DNA from: Minisyncoccota bacterium
GTDB lineage: Bacteria > Patescibacteriota > Minisyncoccia > Phycocordibacterales > UBA5272
Length of the DNA: 64,000 nucleotides
Reading direction: 5' to 3'
Assembly (NCBI GenBank): GCA_041651055.1
Contig: JBAZJW010000001.1
Coordinates: forward strand, 536,506-600,505
Under the pieces are notes generated by a model. It was not told the DNA's origin and ran no database searches. It saw only the letters and a list, made by a program, of their open reading frames with translations. This document shows positions 45,392 through 55,358 of the stretch, one piece after another (the first letter of the stretch is position 1; each line of letters opens with the position of its first letter). The translations under genes and the position numbers were made by a program.

Positions 45392-46405
45392 TTGTGCGCC
45401 CTCATTTTTGCGCTTATTACTCCTGTGACAACACACGCGGGCGTTTTTTCTGATTTTACAGGAAAGGTAAAGGATATTTTTTTCGCACCAGATGATGATA
45501 CTGAAGTAGATACATCTGCCACAGCTCAGACTATCCCCCTCTTCAAAGCCGTTGTAATGGATACCACGCTCACGAGCGCAGAATCAAGTGATGACGCTTC
45601 TAGTGAATCTCTCCAGGCAACCACAGGGTCGCTTCGTGTTTCTACGGAAGATATTGATTACCCGGTAGACGATACGATTAGTGTGTATGAAGTAAAGAAA
45701 GGAGACTCTCTTGCAACCGTTGCTAAACTTTTTAATGTTTCAAAAAATACCATTATCTGGGCGAACGATTTGAAATCAGAAAGAATTGTCCCTGGAGACA
45801 CACTGGTTATTCTTCCTATGACGGGGGTTAAATACAGTGCAAAGAAAGGTGATACAGTGACTTCTATTGCAAGAAAGTACAAAGCAGATGCAGATGATAT
45901 CGCGAAGTTTAACGGTATCGCTCGTGATGCAACTCTTTCTGTGGGTGATATTGTGCTCGTACCAGAAGGTGAAATCGCCGTGACTACAACGACAAAATCA
46001 AAAACAGGAAAGGTTACTGTGATAACTAAAGTTCTTGATTCATACGGAAAAGCAGAGCCGAGTGGATACTTTGTTCGTCCTTTGGCTGGTGGTCGTAAGA
46101 CACAAGGGTTGCACGGTCACAATGGTATAGACTTCGGTGCTCCTGTCGGAACTCCAGTGTACGCCTCAGCTTCCGGAAGAGTTATTCTTGCGAGATCTGG
46201 AGGGTATAACGGAGGATATGGAAGTATGGTTATTATTGCGCACGGCGATGATATTCAAACTGTGTATGCCCACTTGAGCCAGGTGAATGTCGTTACAGGT
46301 CAGACGGTTTCTCAAGGTCAGACAATCGGACGTGTAGGAAATACAGGAAGGTCAACCGGTCCACATCTACACTTTGAGGTACGTGGAGCGAAGAATCCCT
46401 TTTAA
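45392..46405 (+). CDS. Secreted LysM-domain M23 family peptidoglycan endopeptidase.
   Basis: TTG start with signal peptide. Two LysM-like segments (YEVKKGDSLATVAKLF.., YSAKKGDTVTSIARKY..). M23 motifs HNGIDFGAPVGTPVYA and GPHLHFEV. Confidence 0.85.
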   Translation: MCALIFALITPVTTHAGVFSDFTGKVKDIFFAPDDDTEVDTSATAQTIPLFKAVVMDTTLTSAESSDDASSESLQATTGSLRVSTEDIDYPVDDTISVYEVKKGDSLATVAKLFNVSKNTIIWANDLKSERIVPGDTLVILPMTGVKYSAKKGDTVTSIARKYKADADDIAKFNGIARDATLSVGDIVLVPEGEIAVTTTTKSKTGKVTVITKVLDSYGKAEPSGYFVRPLAGGRKTQGLHGHNGIDFGAPVGTPVYASASGRVILARSGGYNGGYGSMVIIAHGDDIQTVYAHLSQVNVVTGQTVSQGQTIGRVGNTGRSTGPHLHFEVRGAKNPF

Positions 46406-46611
46406 TAGTTTTCAGTTTTAAGTTTCAAGAAAACACAGTAGGAATTATGTATTCCGTAGCATTAAAAAGATCCACGTGCCCTACCTGTGGATTTTTTGAA
46501 TCTCTTTTAGGGCTATATTCCCCGTCAGCTGACTTAGCAAAGTCAGTGTCTTTTACAGCTGCGAGGAGGTTCATTCTTCTGGAAACTTAAAACTAAAAAC
46601 TTAAAACTGAG

Positions 46612-48168
46612 TTACAGCCTATCCTGATACAATTTCGGTCGATATTGAAATGCTTCCATGATATCGTCGTCGGTAATCTGTGGTGATTGTTTCAGATCTG
46701 CGATGGTACGGGCCAAACGAAGGACACGGTGATATGCGCGAGGAGAAAGAATGTATGAGGTTGCGAGTTCTTTCATGAGCTTGAGTGTCGAAGGAGAAAG
46801 CTCTATGTGTTTGGTGATATCTTTTGCTTTCATATCTTTGTTCTTGGTAATATGTGCATCCCCTCCTTCTGTGAATCGTTTACGTGCAAAGGTTCGAGCT
46901 TTTTCTACACGTATACGCACGTCATTACTTTCTTCCCCGATGCGCGCATGAGAGAGTGTGTCGTAATCGATATGTTGTACCGCCACCCAGATGTCGATAC
47001 GGTCCATGATGGGGCCAGATAATTTTCTTGCGTACCTGTCGATATCAGACGGTTTACAAATGCATCGCTTCAATTTACTTCCCATATATCCGCATGGACA
47101 TGGATTCATGGAGGCCACGAGCGTGCATGATGCCGGAAAGGCATACGTTCCTTTCGCACGAGAGACCGTGATGACACCTTCTTCGAGCGGTTCACGTAAT
47201 GATTCGATAACTCGTTTATCAAATTCTGGAAACTCATCCAAGAAAAGCACACCATGATGTGCGAGCGTCACTTCTCCTGGACGAGGATTCGCACCACCAC
47301 CCACAAGTGAAACGTATGACGATGTATGGTGTGGTGAGCGAAACGTTGGATGTGTGATGAGTGATGTTTTCGTATGTGCTACAGAATGAATACGTGTCAC
47401 CTCTAAGGCTTCATCGCGCGTAAGTGGTGGAAGTATTCCTGTGAAAGCGCGCGCGAGCATGGTCTTCCCTGTTCCTGGTGGTCCGTAGAGTGCGATATTG
47501 TGTCCGCCTGCCGCTGCGATTTCGAGTGCTCGCTTTGCAGTTTCTTGTCCTCGTATATCTTTAAAATCTAAAAATGAATCCGGTCTCACATAAATAATTT
47601 CTGTGTGTGGTTGTGGTTCGAGTGAAACAATATCATTCACACCTTCAATGCTTCCACCAAGGTGGAGAACGATATCCCGGATGTGTGCACACCCATACAC
47701 CGCGAGATCATCCACCAGTGCTGCTTCTTCCACATTCGCACTTGGCACATAGAGCGCCTTCACGCCTTCTTTCTTCGCGCATTCAGCAATAGACAGTACT
47801 CCCATCATGGGAAGTATTTCTCCGGTGAGAGAAAGTTCTCCGACGAACCATCCTACATCTTCAGGCACAGAAAGTTGTTTGGATGCGACGAGGTATGTGA
47901 GCGCAATAGGCACATCGAAATGCGATCCCTCTTTTTTTATATGAGCAGGAGCAAGTGATACTGTCACTTTATGGTTTTCTGTTTTTGGATTACGAAGCCC
48001 TGTATTTTTTAGAGCAGCATTGATTCTGTCTTTACTTTCATCGATAGCTTTATCTGGAAGACCTACAATGGCGAACGCATAGAGTCCTTGAGAAACGTCT
48101 ACTTCTACCGTGATTGGTTCGGCGTGAAGCCCGACGATGTGTGCACTATGTAAGGTGGCGACACTCAT
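46612..48168 (-). CDS. comM: Mg-chelatase-like AAA+ ATPase YifB/ComM.
   Basis: 518 aa; N-terminal Lon-like domain; GPPGTGKTMLA, Walker B LFLDE. Confidence 0.88.
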   Translation of the reverse strand: MSVATLHSAHIVGLHAEPITVEVDVSQGLYAFAIVGLPDKAIDESKDRINAALKNTGLRNPKTENHKVTVSLAPAHIKKEGSHFDVPIALTYLVASKQLSVPEDVGWFVGELSLTGEILPMMGVLSIAECAKKEGVKALYVPSANVEEAALVDDLAVYGCAHIRDIVLHLGGSIEGVNDIVSLEPQPHTEIIYVRPDSFLDFKDIRGQETAKRALEIAAAGGHNIALYGPPGTGKTMLARAFTGILPPLTRDEALEVTRIHSVAHTKTSLITHPTFRSPHHTSSYVSLVGGGANPRPGEVTLAHHGVLFLDEFPEFDKRVIESLREPLEEGVITVSRAKGTYAFPASCTLVASMNPCPCGYMGSKLKRCICKPSDIDRYARKLSGPIMDRIDIWVAVQHIDYDTLSHARIGEESNDVRIRVEKARTFARKRFTEGGDAHITKNKDMKAKDITKHIELSPSTLKLMKELATSYILSPRAYHRVLRLARTIADLKQSPQITDDDIMEAFQYRPKLYQDRL

Positions 48169-48806
48169 TAGTGAAGTATAGCACTGCGAAGTGTAAGTAT
48201 ACCGTCGGTTGATGATGCAATGAGCAATAATTGCGTATTTGCAAAGGCATATACGACAGTGCTTGAAGCCGATGTTCCTACGCGCATGTTTTGATTATTG
48301 ATCGTGACATCAGTGAAGGTAAACGGTGGTGTCGAAGTACTCGTGTCGCGTGGACTGCCTACAGCTTTCGCAAGTTCATCCGCATAGTCTGCCTCTTTCG
48401 TAATCATAAACGCAAAGACAGGAGAATACGTGGTGACTGTCATACTGTATCCGTACGGTGATGGCGTGACATAGGTGATGAATCGTCCGATGCCATCATC
48501 AAGTGTTTGTGAAAGTGTCACGAGAGGAATTCCTTGATTCTGATTTGCTTGCAATCCATCACTTGGAGTAAGGGAAAGTGGTGCAGGCGCATGATTTTTT
48601 GTGTAGTACAAGTATCCTCCGAGAAGCACTGCGATAAGTCCGCAAAGAAAAAGAACACTTGCACCAATAATAAGCGGCCATGATTTTTCGGCAGAAGTAT
48701 TTCCTATTTCGCCAGCCGCAGAAGCAATGTCCCCCATGGAGGCTTCTTTGTGAATTATTTCGTTCGCAATGTCGTGTTCGAAGGTGTCGATATTCGGAGT
48801 GGTCAT
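48168..48806 (-). CDS. Single-pass membrane protein of unknown function.
   Basis: Start trimmed to MTTPNID..; TM LIIGASVLFLCGLIAVLLGGYLYY. Confidence 0.45.
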   Translation of the reverse strand: MTTPNIDTFEHDIANEIIHKEASMGDIASAAGEIGNTSAEKSWPLIIGASVLFLCGLIAVLLGGYLYYTKNHAPAPLSLTPSDGLQANQNQGIPLVTLSQTLDDGIGRFITYVTPSPYGYSMTVTTYSPVFAFMITKEADYADELAKAVGSPRDTSTSTPPFTFTDVTINNQNMRVGTSASSTVVYAFANTQLLLIASSTDGILTLRSAILH

Positions 48807-48912
48807 GGGTACTAGTATACAGTTTATAGCTAAGAGTTTACAGTGAATACAAGAAGAGGGCACCTTACGGTGCCCTCTTCTGTTTGCTGTTAGCTGTGAC
48901 CTGCTAGCTATT

Positions 48913-49521
48913 CTACTCCCCCGTTACGATTCCAAGCGCTTCGTCAGAGTATTCTGTTGCTGCGGATTTCTTCGCAGAACTTTTTCCTTTCTTTGCAGCA
49001 GGACGATGTGCGCGATATCCCATCAAGAATTTTTCTGGGTGGTCACACATATCGATGAAGTCTTCACAGGCTTCGCGAAGTTTACTTGATGATGATCGTC
49101 CGAATGAAATTACTTCCACTTGAACACCGAAATGTTCTTTGAGGAAAATAACAAGAGGCACGAAGTCTCCATCTCCTGTAGCTAAGATAATGGTGTCGAC
49201 TTTTGGTGCGAGACGAATGGCATCTACTGCAAGTCCCACATCCCAGTCGGCTTTCTTGGCTCCACCGTAAAAGATTTGTAGATCTTTTGTTTTGGTTTCG
49301 ATGCCAATTTTTGTAAGTGCTTCGAAGAAGTTGGTTTCATCCCCTGCTTCTGTGGTGATGACGTATGCGAGAGCACGGATAAGCTTACGCTTTCCGACAG
49401 ACTCCTGCATAACGGCACCGAAGTTTACTTTTGTGTTGTATAAATTTTTCGCACTGTGATACAAATTTTGTGTATCGATAAATACTGCGACGCGTTGGTC
49501 GCTGTGTTTGATTACTGACAT
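48913..49521 (-). CDS. NYN/LabA-like domain protein.
   Basis: 202 aa; VAVFIDTQNLYHSAK ... ILATGDGDFVPLV, typical of the NYN fold. Confidence 0.75.
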   Translation of the reverse strand: MSVIKHSDQRVAVFIDTQNLYHSAKNLYNTKVNFGAVMQESVGKRKLIRALAYVITTEAGDETNFFEALTKIGIETKTKDLQIFYGGAKKADWDVGLAVDAIRLAPKVDTIILATGDGDFVPLVIFLKEHFGVQVEVISFGRSSSSKLREACEDFIDMCDHPEKFLMGYRAHRPAAKKGKSSAKKSAATEYSDEALGIVTGE

Positions 49522-49639
49522 AATAGATAGTTGATAGTCATTAGTTGATAGTTTTTAGTTGAATACAAAAATTCAAAACATCTAATGACCATATTGTTTA
49601 TTAAAATAGAAACTATAGTTTAGTATACACCCTGGGCTC

Positions 49640-49764
49640 AGTTAGGAGACGGCAGTTAGGGGTTAGGAGTGAATACAATTCTAAATTCATAAGCGCGCCC
49701 GAAGGGCGCGCTTATGAATTCCCTAACTTCCTAACGAATAACGTCCTAACTACTTAAGTCCTAG
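49640..49764. repeat. GTTAGG/CCTAAC module with a central 15-bp-stem hairpin (AATTCATAAGCGCGCCC-gaa-GGGCGCGCTTATGAATT).
   Basis: CAGTTAGGAGACGGCAGTTAGGGGTTAGGAG ... hairpin ... CCCTAACTTCCTAACGAATAACGTCCTAAC; downstream of rpsO. Confidence 0.7.
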
Positions 49765-50013
49765 CTTTGTTACGATTGAAGTATATCTCTTCTTGTTATT
49801 CGCTTCGAGGTACTTAAGATGAGTACGGCGATCAGCAACCATTTGGATAAGACCACGACGTGAGTGATTATCTTTCTTGTGTTCTTTCAAATGATTTGTA
49901 AGCTCTGTAATTTTCTTACTTAAAATAGACACCTGAACTTCAGGAGATCCTGTGTCAGTGTCATGAATTTGAGCGGTTTTGATGGCAGTAGCCTTTTTTC
50001 GTGCAGAAAGCAT
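49750..50013 (-). CDS. rpsO: 30S ribosomal protein S15.
   Basis: 87 aa; ...HLKEHKKDNHSRRGLIQMVADRRTHLKYL. Confidence 0.9.
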   Translation of the reverse strand: MLSARKKATAIKTAQIHDTDTGSPEVQVSILSKKITELTNHLKEHKKDNHSRRGLIQMVADRRTHLKYLEANNKKRYTSIVTKLGLK

Positions 50014-50229
50014 AAATGTAGCGTATTGATTAACTATTTGTGTATTGTATCACACATTTCCCTAAATTGCAACCCCTTTTGGGCAGATTTTAGACATTAG
50101 GTGTTAGATTTTAGAAAACCCCTCTTTTCCATAGATAATCTAGTATTATTTACATAAAAGAAGGCGGAATGGGTGGTTTTTTTTGGTTTACTGTTGCTGA
50201 CAGCTATGGATATTGGCCCTGGAGAAATA

Positions 50230-50262
50230 AAAAAACTCAGCCAATTGCTGAGTTTTGCTGTT
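50230..50262. terminator. Bidirectional terminator AAAAAAACTCAGCcaattGCTGAGTTTT.
   Basis: Hairpin flanked by an A-run and a T-run; lies downstream of the minus-strand gene 50368-51528. Confidence 0.55.
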
Positions 50263-50367
50263 TAGTACAGATAGATATAAATCTTGTTACAGCAATGACT
50301 ACGAGTCGTCACAACTAGGTAAAACCAGAAGTGTTCGCAGGAAGTCATTGCTGTGATGAAAATCGCT

Positions 50368-51528
50368 TTAATGCCGAAGTTTCATTCGAAAAGGTTTCAC
50401 TGTGTACGTGGTACACCTGAATGCATTAACATTGCAATGCGTTGTTGCATATGCAAACTTTAGGGTGCAGATAGTGGTCCTGGCGCCCTTTTTCAAATTA
50501 CCCTGGTCCGACCGTACTCCGACCAGTCGATGGTCTCCGTTTCGGTCTAACTTTCCAGCTCTCCCGATCATTGTTTTGACGTCCTTTATTTTGACGTCGT
50601 TTGTCTGACCCTCGATGCCACAAATGGCAACAAATCCGGGCCGCTTCCATTCCACGGCAAGGTGGATGGGTTTGTTGGATGAATCCGAACAGGTGACTGT
50701 GAATTGGTATGTTTTGTTCTCAGCCGAAAGCCCGGCGAGCATCGTTTCGAAATCTGGAGGGAAAGAAATATCTTGGAATCCGACAAATTTCTTTATTTGA
50801 GACAGTCCAATGGTTGCCTCGTTGGCAATGGTGCCAGCGACCCTTGCTTCGGCCGTTATCTTGACCGCCGTATCCTTTGCAATATTTCTTGCTAACGTTG
50901 ATACGTTGATTGCTGTTTCGGACCTTGTTTGGTTGTCCGTGGTGATTTCCGTTGTCCGGATCAGGTCTTTTCTCATGCGCCAGACCAAGAAGGAAAGGCA
51001 AAGCATTAACCCGAAAAAAACAACACCAACAGACCAGAGTGCAGTGGATTGGGTTGCAATCAACACCCGCAGACCTGCTTCGGAAATTTTCTGCTGCTCT
51101 TGTGCAGCTTCGAGGGCTTGTATCTTCCCGCCAAGCGCAAGGGCTTGCTGTTGCCCTTCAGTGATTTCCTTTTTCAGGCCTACACTGGTTTTGGTCAGTG
51201 CCGTGTTTGCTTCCGCAAGCTTTTTGTTGACCCTGTTAAGTGACGAGACGGTGTGCTCGAGTTGTTTGGCTGCTTTCTGTGCCTTAAGCGCACTCTCTTG
51301 CATCTTCACCATTTCCTCCTGCGCCTTCACAAGACTCTCCTGCATCTTCAGTGCATCCTTTTGCGCCTTCGCCACATCCTCCTGCATCTTCACAAGATCT
51401 GCGTATGTCAGAACGACGGTGGTTGTTGTGGCTTTTGCTGTTGTTTGCGACCACGACATCTGCGATGAGGCGATCAAAAGAATTGCCAGCAACACTTTCA
51501 CGAGTACAAGTATCGTTTTCATGACCAA
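50368..51528 (-). CDS. Secreted/membrane coiled-coil protein with (V/L)KMQE..LKAQ 11-mer repeats and one internal TM.
   Basis: Signal peptide MVMKTILVLVKVLLAILLIASS; 33-nt DNA repeats at about 51290-51400; TM LWSVGVVFFGLMLCLSFLVW. Confidence 0.5.
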   Translation of the reverse strand: MVMKTILVLVKVLLAILLIASSQMSWSQTTAKATTTTVVLTYADLVKMQEDVAKAQKDALKMQESLVKAQEEMVKMQESALKAQKAAKQLEHTVSSLNRVNKKLAEANTALTKTSVGLKKEITEGQQQALALGGKIQALEAAQEQQKISEAGLRVLIATQSTALWSVGVVFFGLMLCLSFLVWRMRKDLIRTTEITTDNQTRSETAINVSTLARNIAKDTAVKITAEARVAGTIANEATIGLSQIKKFVGFQDISFPPDFETMLAGLSAENKTYQFTVTCSDSSNKPIHLAVEWKRPGFVAICGIEGQTNDVKIKDVKTMIGRAGKLDRNGDHRLVGVRSDQGNLKKGARTTICTLKFAYATTHCNVNAFRCTTYTVKPFRMKLRH

Positions 51529-51675
51529 CTCCTATTAAATTGAAAAGAACCGTTTTACACTACCACATTTTTGTAAAAAATCAAATATCTTCATGAAAGA
51601 ACCCTTCTCTTTCGGTGGTTTTCTTTCCTAACAATAATCCCCACAATATTGTACGACGTTGGTATATACTCAGAA

Positions 51676-51745
51676 CAGTTAGGAGACGGCAGTTAGGAGT
51701 TAGGAAGTTAAACCCCTAACCCACAACCCCTAACCCACAACTCCC
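51676..51745. repeat. GTTAGG x3 / CCTAAC x2 module abutting the xerC start codon.
   Basis: CAGTTAGGAGACGGCAGTTAGGAGTTAGGAAGTTAAACCCCTAACCCACAACCCCTAACCCACAACTCCC-ATG. Confidence 0.65.
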
Positions 51746-52693
51746 ATGCAATCCCTCGATACTCTCAAACAAGATTTCCTCCAATACATCGAAATCGAAA
51801 AAGGACGCTCAGCACTTACGGTGCGTAATTATGAGCACTATCTCAAGCGGTTTTTGGATTTTGTAAAAGTAGAATCCCCTGCGGATATCACTGAGAGCAT
51901 GATGCGTGAGTATCGTGTGTACCTCAATCGTCATCCAGCTCGTGAAGTAAAAAAGGGTCAGGCGGTGGAGACATTAGATAAGAAGACGCAGAATTATCAC
52001 CTCATCGCGCTTCGTGCATTCTTGAAATATATGCGTAAGCGTGGCGTGCAGAGCTATGATCCAGAGAGAATAGAGCTTGCAAAGACTCAGCAGAGAGAGC
52101 TTGACCTTATTTCAGAAAAAGAATTGCATAACCTCATGTCGGCACCGGACATTACTACTATAGGAGGGCTTCGTGATAAAGCGATCTTAGAATTATTTTT
52201 CTCAACAGGGTTGCGTGTTTCGGAATTATGTTCACTTGATCGTGATACTGAATTAAATATGGGAGAAATATCTGTACGCGGAAAAGGTGGCAAGATACGC
52301 GTGGTATTCATTTCTGGATCTGCTCGCGAAGCGGTCAAAAAATATTTAGATAATAGAGTTGATATCGACGAAGCGATGTTCATAGACCACTCCCCTCGCG
52401 CACATGCGAGAATGGTAAAAGAAGAATCAGTGCGCCTTACTCCTCGCTCTGTGGAACGTGTCGTGGAAAAGTACGCAGCCATTGCAGGCATAGCAAAGAA
52501 ATGCACACCGCACGTGATACGACACTCCTTCGCGACAGATCTTTTATATAATGGTGCGGACTTGCGTACTGTGCAGATGATGCTCGGACATGCGTCTATC
52601 GCGACGACACAAATATATACGAACGTGACCAACAAATTCCTTCGTGATCAGTTCGAAAAGTTTCATTCGAAGAGAGATGGAGGCAAAGAATAA
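51746..52693 (+). CDS. xerC: Tyrosine site-specific recombinase XerC/XerD family.
   Basis: 315 aa; R...HxxR...Y catalytic region (VIRHSFATDLL, LGHASIATTQIYTNV). Confidence 0.85.
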   Translation: MQSLDTLKQDFLQYIEIEKGRSALTVRNYEHYLKRFLDFVKVESPADITESMMREYRVYLNRHPAREVKKGQAVETLDKKTQNYHLIALRAFLKYMRKRGVQSYDPERIELAKTQQRELDLISEKELHNLMSAPDITTIGGLRDKAILELFFSTGLRVSELCSLDRDTELNMGEISVRGKGGKIRVVFISGSAREAVKKYLDNRVDIDEAMFIDHSPRAHARMVKEESVRLTPRSVERVVEKYAAIAGIAKKCTPHVIRHSFATDLLYNGADLRTVQMMLGHASIATTQIYTNVTNKFLRDQFEKFHSKRDGGKE

Positions 52694-52700
52694 AGGTTGT

Positions 52701-52729
52701 TGACTTCGTTATCGGCCGCCTGTAGTATT
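52701..52729 (+). promoter_or_regulatory. Sigma70-like promoter TTGACT-N17-TAGTAT.
   Basis: gTTGACTtcgttatcggccgcctgTAGTATttg, about 50 nt upstream of the 52779 ORF. Confidence 0.45.
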
Positions 52730-52778
52730 TGTTTAAACATAAACAGTTCCGTTTGTGTGTTTCTGAAAGGACTTCCCC

Positions 52779-52991
52779 ATGCCGAAACTCATTTGTCCTG
52801 ATCATGGTCCATATTTGATCGAAGGATCGTTTATCGGGGCCTGCCCAGGTTGCTTGCGACTTGAACAGCAACAGTCTTCCACGGAAGATGTGCCAGTTCC
52901 GGAAGCAAAAACCTGCCCTTCGTGCGGGATGACTTCATCCTCGAAATGTTTTTTGCACGGATGTGATTTTCCAGGATCACACGGCGCATGA
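52779..52991 (+). CDS. Small Cys-rich (putative zinc-ribbon) protein.
   Basis: 70 aa with CPDH...CPGC...CPSC...C..HGC; AAAGGA ribosome-binding site; terminator hairpin at about 53015-53055. Confidence 0.4.
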   Translation: MPKLICPDHGPYLIEGSFIGACPGCLRLEQQQSSTEDVPVPEAKTCPSCGMTSSSKCFLHGCDFPGSHGA

Positions 52992-53098
52992 CATGTTTCT
53001 GGTCAGCCCTTTTGCCCAGCTTCCAAGCTCGGGCTTTTCTTTTTTTAGATACCGTAGTAGTGTAGAATGTATCTGTTATTTTTTTGGAGAACGTTTAA

Positions 53099-53403
53099 TG
53101 TCAATGCCGACAACTCTTGATTTGCTGTATGGGGAATGCGCAGGATGTGCCCTTCCTGATATTTCTCACATGAACCATGGGAATACCACGTATGTCAGTT
53201 ACGGGGACGATACTTCAATTGTTATCCGGAGAGACAAGGAAGGAAACGAAACGTATGGAAGGTTTGTGGAAAAGTCTCCCAACAAAGGACCGAAACTTTT
53301 CCATGCGCTTTCTGCAAAAGAAGTCTGCGCACTGATGGAAAAGAAAAAGGCAAATGAAAAAGAAAGGAAACTGAGACACAAGAGGCAACTAACACGAAAG
53401 TGA
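53099..53403 (+). CDS. Small protein with basic C-terminal tail.
   Basis: ATG preceded by GGAGA; ORF-track entry 52963-53403 trimmed to the first ATG; terminator at about 53433-53475. Confidence 0.4.
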
Positions 53404-53485
53404 TAGGGCCCCCTCGGAAAATAGAAACAACAAAGGCTGTCGCGAAACGCGACAGCCTTATTTTTATTTTGGTATACTACAGCAC

Positions 53486-54253
53486 ATGAAATTCATCTCC
53501 TACAATGTAAATGGAATACGGGCGGCGGAAAAGAAGGGTGCGCTCGGGGCATTATTTGCACTTGGAGCGGATGTTATCGGTATTCAGGAAACAAAAGCGA
53601 CACCAGATCAATTAAGCGCGGCGGCTATTTCCCCTTCTGGATACTTTTCATATTTTGATAGTTCGAAAGTTCGTAAAGGGTATTCAGGTGTGGCTGTGTA
53701 TACAAAAGTAAAGCCGGAGAAAGTAGAGTATGGTTTAGGTGATGATGCGCATGATGAAGAAGGAAGATGTCTCACGCTACATTTCAAAGACTTCGTGTTT
53801 GTTACGGCATACTTTCCAAACGGTGGACGTGATGAAGAACATTTTCAATTCAAGCTTCGTTATTATGAGTTGTTTTTGAAACATGTTAAGAAACTAGAGA
53901 AGAAATATGACACGGTTATTTTCTGCGGAGACTTAAATGTAGCACACAATGAAATAGACTTGGCGCGACCAAAAGAAAATAGCAAGCACATAGGATTCTT
54001 GCCGATTGAACGTGCGTGGGTGGATCGTGTGGAAGAAGCAGGATTCGTGGATACATTCCGTTTACTTCATAAAGACACCGTGAAATACAGCTGGTGGGAC
54101 ATGAAGACTGGCGCACGGGCGCGAAACGTGGGATGGAGAATAGATTATTTTTTCGTGAACAAAAAAGCCGAGATGCATGTACAGAAGGCCGATATTTTGG
54201 ACGACTTTTTGGGAAGTGATCATGCCCCGGTGATTTTGGAGATTGGGAAGTAA
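53486..54253 (+). CDS. xthA: Exodeoxyribonuclease III (AP endonuclease).
   Basis: 255 aa; ISYNVNGIRA, GIQETK, C-terminal GSDHAPV. Confidence 0.9.
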   Translation: MKFISYNVNGIRAAEKKGALGALFALGADVIGIQETKATPDQLSAAAISPSGYFSYFDSSKVRKGYSGVAVYTKVKPEKVEYGLGDDAHDEEGRCLTLHFKDFVFVTAYFPNGGRDEEHFQFKLRYYELFLKHVKKLEKKYDTVIFCGDLNVAHNEIDLARPKENSKHIGFLPIERAWVDRVEEAGFVDTFRLLHKDTVKYSWWDMKTGARARNVGWRIDYFFVNKKAEMHVQKADILDDFLGSDHAPVILEIGK

Positions 54254-54311
54254 TGGAGAAAATACTAAAGAGCGGCCGAAGGCCGCTCTTTAGTATTTTG
54301 TAATCGTATTG

Positions 54312-54956
54312 CTAATTTTCTTTTCTTGAAAAGAATGAACGAAATGCATCAAGTCTTTCTTTGAAGCTTTCACGAAGTGTTTTTACTTCTTCCCTCTTTG
54401 CTTCTATTTCAACCTTGTGTTCTTCCTGAAGCGTTTTGATTTCTGCTTTTTTATCAGCAACCATTTCTTTCACTTCTGTTTTCTTTTTTTCTATTTCAAC
54501 TTTCTTTTCTGCTACGATTGCCTTCTTCTCGTCTTGTTTGTACTTGCGGCATCCTTGCATATCTGTTTCAAAACCAGTCCATGCACTTTTGCGCGCAGCG
54601 GTTAATTTTTCTTGAGCTGCAGTGACAGACTTTTTGTAAGCGTCGACAGCAACCTTGATTGCTTCTTTTTTTGCTGTTGCGTCGGTGATTGTTACGGCAT
54701 TCTTCTCAGCTTCCTTGCGTACTGTTAAGGCTGCTGACATTTCTGTATTATAGGTTGTTCGTGCAGTTGCGATAGAGGTGTCACGGTGTTCAATTGATGT
54801 CTGAGAGCATGCAGTGAAAATCTGTGCCTGTGTCGTTGTTGCCATTGCGACGCTTACAGCAGTCCCTGTATCTGTTGTCACAGAAGTTTCGGCAGATACG
54901 AAAGCTGGAACAAAGAGTGCAAGTGCAAATAATGATGTTGTAAAAGTTTTTTTCAT
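54312..54956 (-). CDS. Secreted coiled-coil protein downstream of the ECF sigma/anti-sigma pair.
   Basis: Signal peptide MKKTFTTSLFALALFVPAFVSA; Lys/Glu/Ala-rich. Confidence 0.5.
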   Translation of the reverse strand: MKKTFTTSLFALALFVPAFVSAETSVTTDTGTAVSVAMATTTQAQIFTACSQTSIEHRDTSIATARTTYNTEMSAALTVRKEAEKNAVTITDATAKKEAIKVAVDAYKKSVTAAQEKLTAARKSAWTGFETDMQGCRKYKQDEKKAIVAEKKVEIEKKKTEVKEMVADKKAEIKTLQEEHKVEIEAKREEVKTLRESFKERLDAFRSFFSRKEN

Positions 54957-54992
54957 AAAGAATAAAATAGTTTGTAAATAAGGATGGTGACG

Positions 54993-55358
54993 TTACATTG
55001 TATAGTCTACCAGTATTGCTTGGTAATCCGCCTCATTTATCCCCGCCTCAAAAGTTTCTACTTGAGTATCGGTGGCATAAAAAGGACTGTTGTTGTACGA
55101 GTCTAGTGCCTGTGGTGTTGTGATGAACGAAGGAAGTATGGCGATAGCTATGACACACACGGATACAAGCTGTGTGACCGCTACCCATATATAAGGGGAT
55201 CGTATCGCACGTCTGTCATGTGCAGTTGGTTCTTTCTCTGGTATTTGATTAAGAATATTTACAAGCATATCTCTAGACGGCGACACGGTCTCCGTATACA
55301 TGAAAAGCGCTTTTGCTATTCCTTCTTCTGATTCTGTTGTTGATTTAATGTCCTTCAT
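54993..55358 (-). CDS. Putative anti-sigma factor (single TM).
   Basis: 121 aa overlapping the sigma-factor gene end; TM IWVAVTQLVSVCVIAIAILP. Confidence 0.45.
   Translation of the reverse strand: MKDIKSTTESEEGIAKALFMYTETVSPSRDMLVNILNQIPEKEPTAHDRRAIRSPYIWVAVTQLVSVCVIAIAILPSFITTPQALDSYNNSPFYATDTQVETFEAGINEADYQAILVDYTM

Noticed and set aside
50130-50230. Small ORF MGGFFWFTVADSYGYWPWRNKKTQPIAEFCCLV in the rpsO upstream region
   Set aside because: Runs through the bidirectional terminator hairpin; no ribosome-binding site; likely non-coding.
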